Shown here: positions 61,436-64,000 of the stretch, one piece after another
Layout: the number at the start of each line of letters is the position of its first letter
How positions within the stretch are numbered: the stretch's first letter is position 1
Assembly (NCBI GenBank): GCA_964467385.1
Contig: CAYXQC010000001.1
Coordinates: forward strand, 7,896-71,895
Direction: 5' to 3'
DNA: 64,000 nt
From: an uncultured Candidatus Saccharibacteria bacterium
GTDB taxonomy: Bacteria > Patescibacteriota > Minisyncoccia > Phycocordibacterales > CAIZLB01
The notes under the pieces: model-generated
The model's input: only the letters and a program-made list of their open reading frames with translations
Told to the model about the DNA's origin: nothing
The model's database searches: none
Translations under genes and position numbers: made by a program

Positions 61436-62398
61436 ATGATTACTCGTGTACTCAAGAAAATACCTAACACAATTGCCCTATGCGCTGTACTTATTGGTGT
61501 GGCGTGTTTGGGTATTGCTTTGTTACCGTATATTGCGCGAGCTGAAACCTCTACCGAACTTATTAAAGTAAAACCAACTAGTTTTGTATTCGATAATACT
61601 GGTACATTAAGCGCAGCTGAAAAAGAAAAAATCGAAACAATCATAACGGCTCATCAGACTAAAACTGGGGGTGTAGCAAGTGGTGATCAAATCGCAATAG
61701 TGATTGTGCAGAATCTAAGCGGTGATGCTATTGAAAATTTCGCCAATAATCTTTTTCGTGGATGGGGAATTGGAGTAAAAGGAAAGGATAATGGAATCTT
61801 GGTTTTAGTTGCTTTGGACGAAAGGCAAATACGCATTGAAGTTGGATATGGACTTGAAGGAACTTTGACGGATTTGCAGAGTTATAAAATCATTGATGGA
61901 ATTTTAAAACCAGCATTTCGAGAAGGAAAATATGGTGATGGCTTATATGACGCTGCCACAACAATTATTCAAACCATTGAAGGTGATGCTTCACGTGTTG
62001 ATAATATAAAAGTTGATACAAGAACTAGTGCCGATACAAATAATGGAGTTAGAAATTATATTGAGTTGGTATTCTATTTCCTGGCTTTTGTTTTACCTAT
62101 TTTGAGCTCGGTACTTGGACGTACAAAGCGATGGTGGCCTGGAGGAATAGTTGGTGCTGTTGTTGGTGGGATTCTTGGAGCACTTTTTGCCACAGGCTTT
62201 ATGATTGCACTTTACACTGTTTGTCTTGGATTATTTGGTCTATTATTTGACTATATAGTTTCGAAGAATTACAAGAATGGCGGACGTGGCGGTTTCGGAG
62301 GCTTCTTTTTTGGTGGTCCAGGATTTGGTTCAGGCCGATCATCGGGTGGATTCGGTGGTGGAAGTTCTGGAGGTGGAGGGTCAAGTGGTGGGTGGTAG
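61436..62398 (+). CDS. TPM-domain membrane protein (YgcG-like)
   Basis: WGIG.KG.DNGILVL, RIEVGYGLEG and Gly-rich tail ending GGW; lemA neighbour. Confidence 0.9.
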   Translation: MITRVLKKIPNTIALCAVLIGVACLGIALLPYIARAETSTELIKVKPTSFVFDNTGTLSAAEKEKIETIITAHQTKTGGVASGDQIAIVIVQNLSGDAIENFANNLFRGWGIGVKGKDNGILVLVALDERQIRIEVGYGLEGTLTDLQSYKIIDGILKPAFREGKYGDGLYDAATTIIQTIEGDASRVDNIKVDTRTSADTNNGVRNYIELVFYFLAFVLPILSSVLGRTKRWWPGGIVGAVVGGILGALFATGFMIALYTVCLGLFGLLFDYIVSKNYKNGGRGGFGGFFFGGPGFGSGRSSGGFGGGSSGGGGSSGGW

Positions 62399-62446
62399 TT
62401 TTGCCGCTATGATACAATGTGTGTGTAATTTAATTAGATATACTAT

Positions 62447-62845
62447 ATGATGCTCATTAAATATTACCTGATTGCACTCCCTTTATTTTTAGTTATGGAT
62501 TTGGTATGGATCGGTATTATCGCTAAAGATTTTTATCGTGTACAGATTGGTGCACTTATGAAAGCGGATGTTAATTGGATTGCAGCCGTGTTTTTTTACG
62601 TACTATTTATTACAGGGCTTGTACTATTTGTGATTCTTCCATCTATGGAAAAGCAATCTTTAGTGCATGCACTTGTATTCGGGGCTTTGTTTGGTCTGGT
62701 TTGTTATGCTACGTATGATCTGACTAATTTGGCACTAGCTAAAAATTGGCCTGTTCTTGTGACTATCGTGGATCTTGTATGGGGTGCTTCGGTTTCTGCA
62801 TTTGTTTCAGGAACAACGTATTACATAGTGAGTAAATTCTTGTAA
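62447..62845 (+). CDS. DUF2177-type small membrane protein
   Basis: DLVWIG, YATYDLTNLA and DLVWG. Confidence 0.8.
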   Translation: MMLIKYYLIALPLFLVMDLVWIGIIAKDFYRVQIGALMKADVNWIAAVFFYVLFITGLVLFVILPSMEKQSLVHALVFGALFGLVCYATYDLTNLALAKNWPVLVTIVDLVWGASVSAFVSGTTYYIVSKFL

Positions 62846-62866
62846 TTATAAAGTCTTCAAAATAGA

Positions 62867-63559
62867 TTATTGCCAATTAATCTCTGACAGACCATTCTTA
62901 TGTAAATATGCGTTTGCTTTACTAAATGGTTTACTACCAAAAAATCCATTGTTGGCTGAAAAAGGGGATGGGTGTGCTGATTCTATAACACAGTGTTTTG
63001 TACGATCTATATGCGCACCTTTTTGCTTCGCATAATTACCCCAGAGTATAAATACAGCATGTTCACGTCTTTCAGAGAGTGTTCGTATAACAGCATCTGT
63101 AAATTCTTCCCAACCCTTTTTCTGGTGGGAGCCAGGAGTGTTTGCTTGTACAGTTAGTGTTGCATTTAAAAGGAGTACGCCTTGCTTTGCCCATCGACTG
63201 AGATCACCACTTGGTAATGGTTCAATTCCAATATCAGTTCGGATTTCTTTGTATATATTTTGCAGAGAAGGTGGTAGGGGCACATGCTCGCCTACGGCAA
63301 ACGAAAGCCCGATGGCCTGACCTTTTCCGTGATATGGATCTTGGCCAAGAATTACCACCCGAACGTCATCAAAGGGACACTCTGAAAAAGCTCTAAAAAT
63401 ATCCTTTGGTTTTGGATAAATTTCTTTTTTGTCCAAATATTCAGCCCGTACAAACTGAGTGAGATTAGCAAAATATGGCTTAGAAAATTCATCACCTAGG
63501 ACAAATTCCCAGCTTGGCTCTATTTTTACAGTGTTTCCTGAGGTGTTTATTGGATCCAT
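62867..63559 (-). CDS. ung: uracil-DNA glycosylase (family 1)
   Basis: GQDPYHG, PPSL, GVLLLN and HPSPFS. Confidence 0.97.
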   Translation of the reverse strand: MDPINTSGNTVKIEPSWEFVLGDEFSKPYFANLTQFVRAEYLDKKEIYPKPKDIFRAFSECPFDDVRVVILGQDPYHGKGQAIGLSFAVGEHVPLPPSLQNIYKEIRTDIGIEPLPSGDLSRWAKQGVLLLNATLTVQANTPGSHQKKGWEEFTDAVIRTLSERREHAVFILWGNYAKQKGAHIDRTKHCVIESAHPSPFSANNGFFGSKPFSKANAYLHKNGLSEINWQ

Positions 63560-63750
63560 ATATAGTATGCATCGTCTCCGTGCTTATTGGCGTGCATTAC
63601 ACACAAGTATTATACATTTTATATATTTTTCAAACTTTCTTCATGTTACAATTATGAGGACAAATTTGGCCTTAGTTTAGTTAGTTTATGGAAAATTTAG
63701 GCTATTTTATAAAATCTTTATTCATCTATAAAGGAATATCTACAAAACCT

Positions 63751-64000
63751 ATGCACCGAGTTTCAAAAGTACTAATTGTAACTGCCCAAATACTGCTTCT
63801 TGTAGCGATCTTGGTAGTAATTGCAGCAAAATCTGATAGTTTCTTGTATGACAAGTCGATGCAAAAGCAAGTAGCTCAGGTTCTAGGTGCATCTGAATCA
63901 GTTGGTGCTGGAGTTTTCTGCCACCTCCAACCTGAAATTGATCAAAAAGAAGCTGATCAAAAAAATCTTGAAAATAAATCAACAGAACTATCCTCACAAG
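63751..64000 (+). CDS. 5' part of a membrane-anchored protein running off the window
   Basis: Open frame MHRVSKVLIVTAQILLLVAILVVIAAK... to the window edge. Confidence 0.6.
   Translation, partial: MHRVSKVLIVTAQILLLVAILVVIAAKSDSFLYDKSMQKQVAQVLGASESVGAGVFCHLQPEIDQKEADQKNLENKSTELSSQ

Noticed and set aside
63749-63997. Minus-strand 82-aa ORF
   Set aside because: The plus-strand frame from ATG 63751, with an N-terminal TM segment, is the better candidate.

Overview
AT-rich chromosomal segment whose gene content and style point to a Patescibacteria/CPR (Parcubacteria-like) genome; this taxonomy is inferred from short PheS/PheT/EF-Ts, a split transketolase and a stand-alone type IV pilin. It carries two surface-glycan loci (about 0.1-14 kb: GT2/GT4/GT9/GT11, Wzx flippase, TPR-fused O-antigen-ligase-like protein, GDP-fucose synthase; about 39.7-46.9 kb: Wzm/Wzt, sulfotransferase-GT fusion, sulfotransferase, GTs). 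It also carries a sugar-phosphate cluster (gap, rpiB, rpe, tktN/C, PfkB kinase, fba), housekeeping genes (secA, secG, rnj, obgE, gatB, rplY, rpmE, prfA, rpsB, tsf, pheS/T, ung, lemA), tRNA-Thr(UGU) and several surface proteins. The most notable unexplained signals are: (1) a family of about 100-120 nt structured repeats with a shared CUCU(G/A)CUCA...CGCAAG junction and covarying stems, with every intact 5' end in sense orientation just after a stop codon; (2) a 1560-codon tail-fibre-like surface protein interrupted by one in-frame TGA where its internal repeat has Trp; (3) an unannotated 23-aa Lys/Ala micro-protein with its own promoter, terminator and upstream DnaA-type box; (4) pervasive leaderless-type promoter architecture. 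All family assignments are by motif recognition; no database searches were run.
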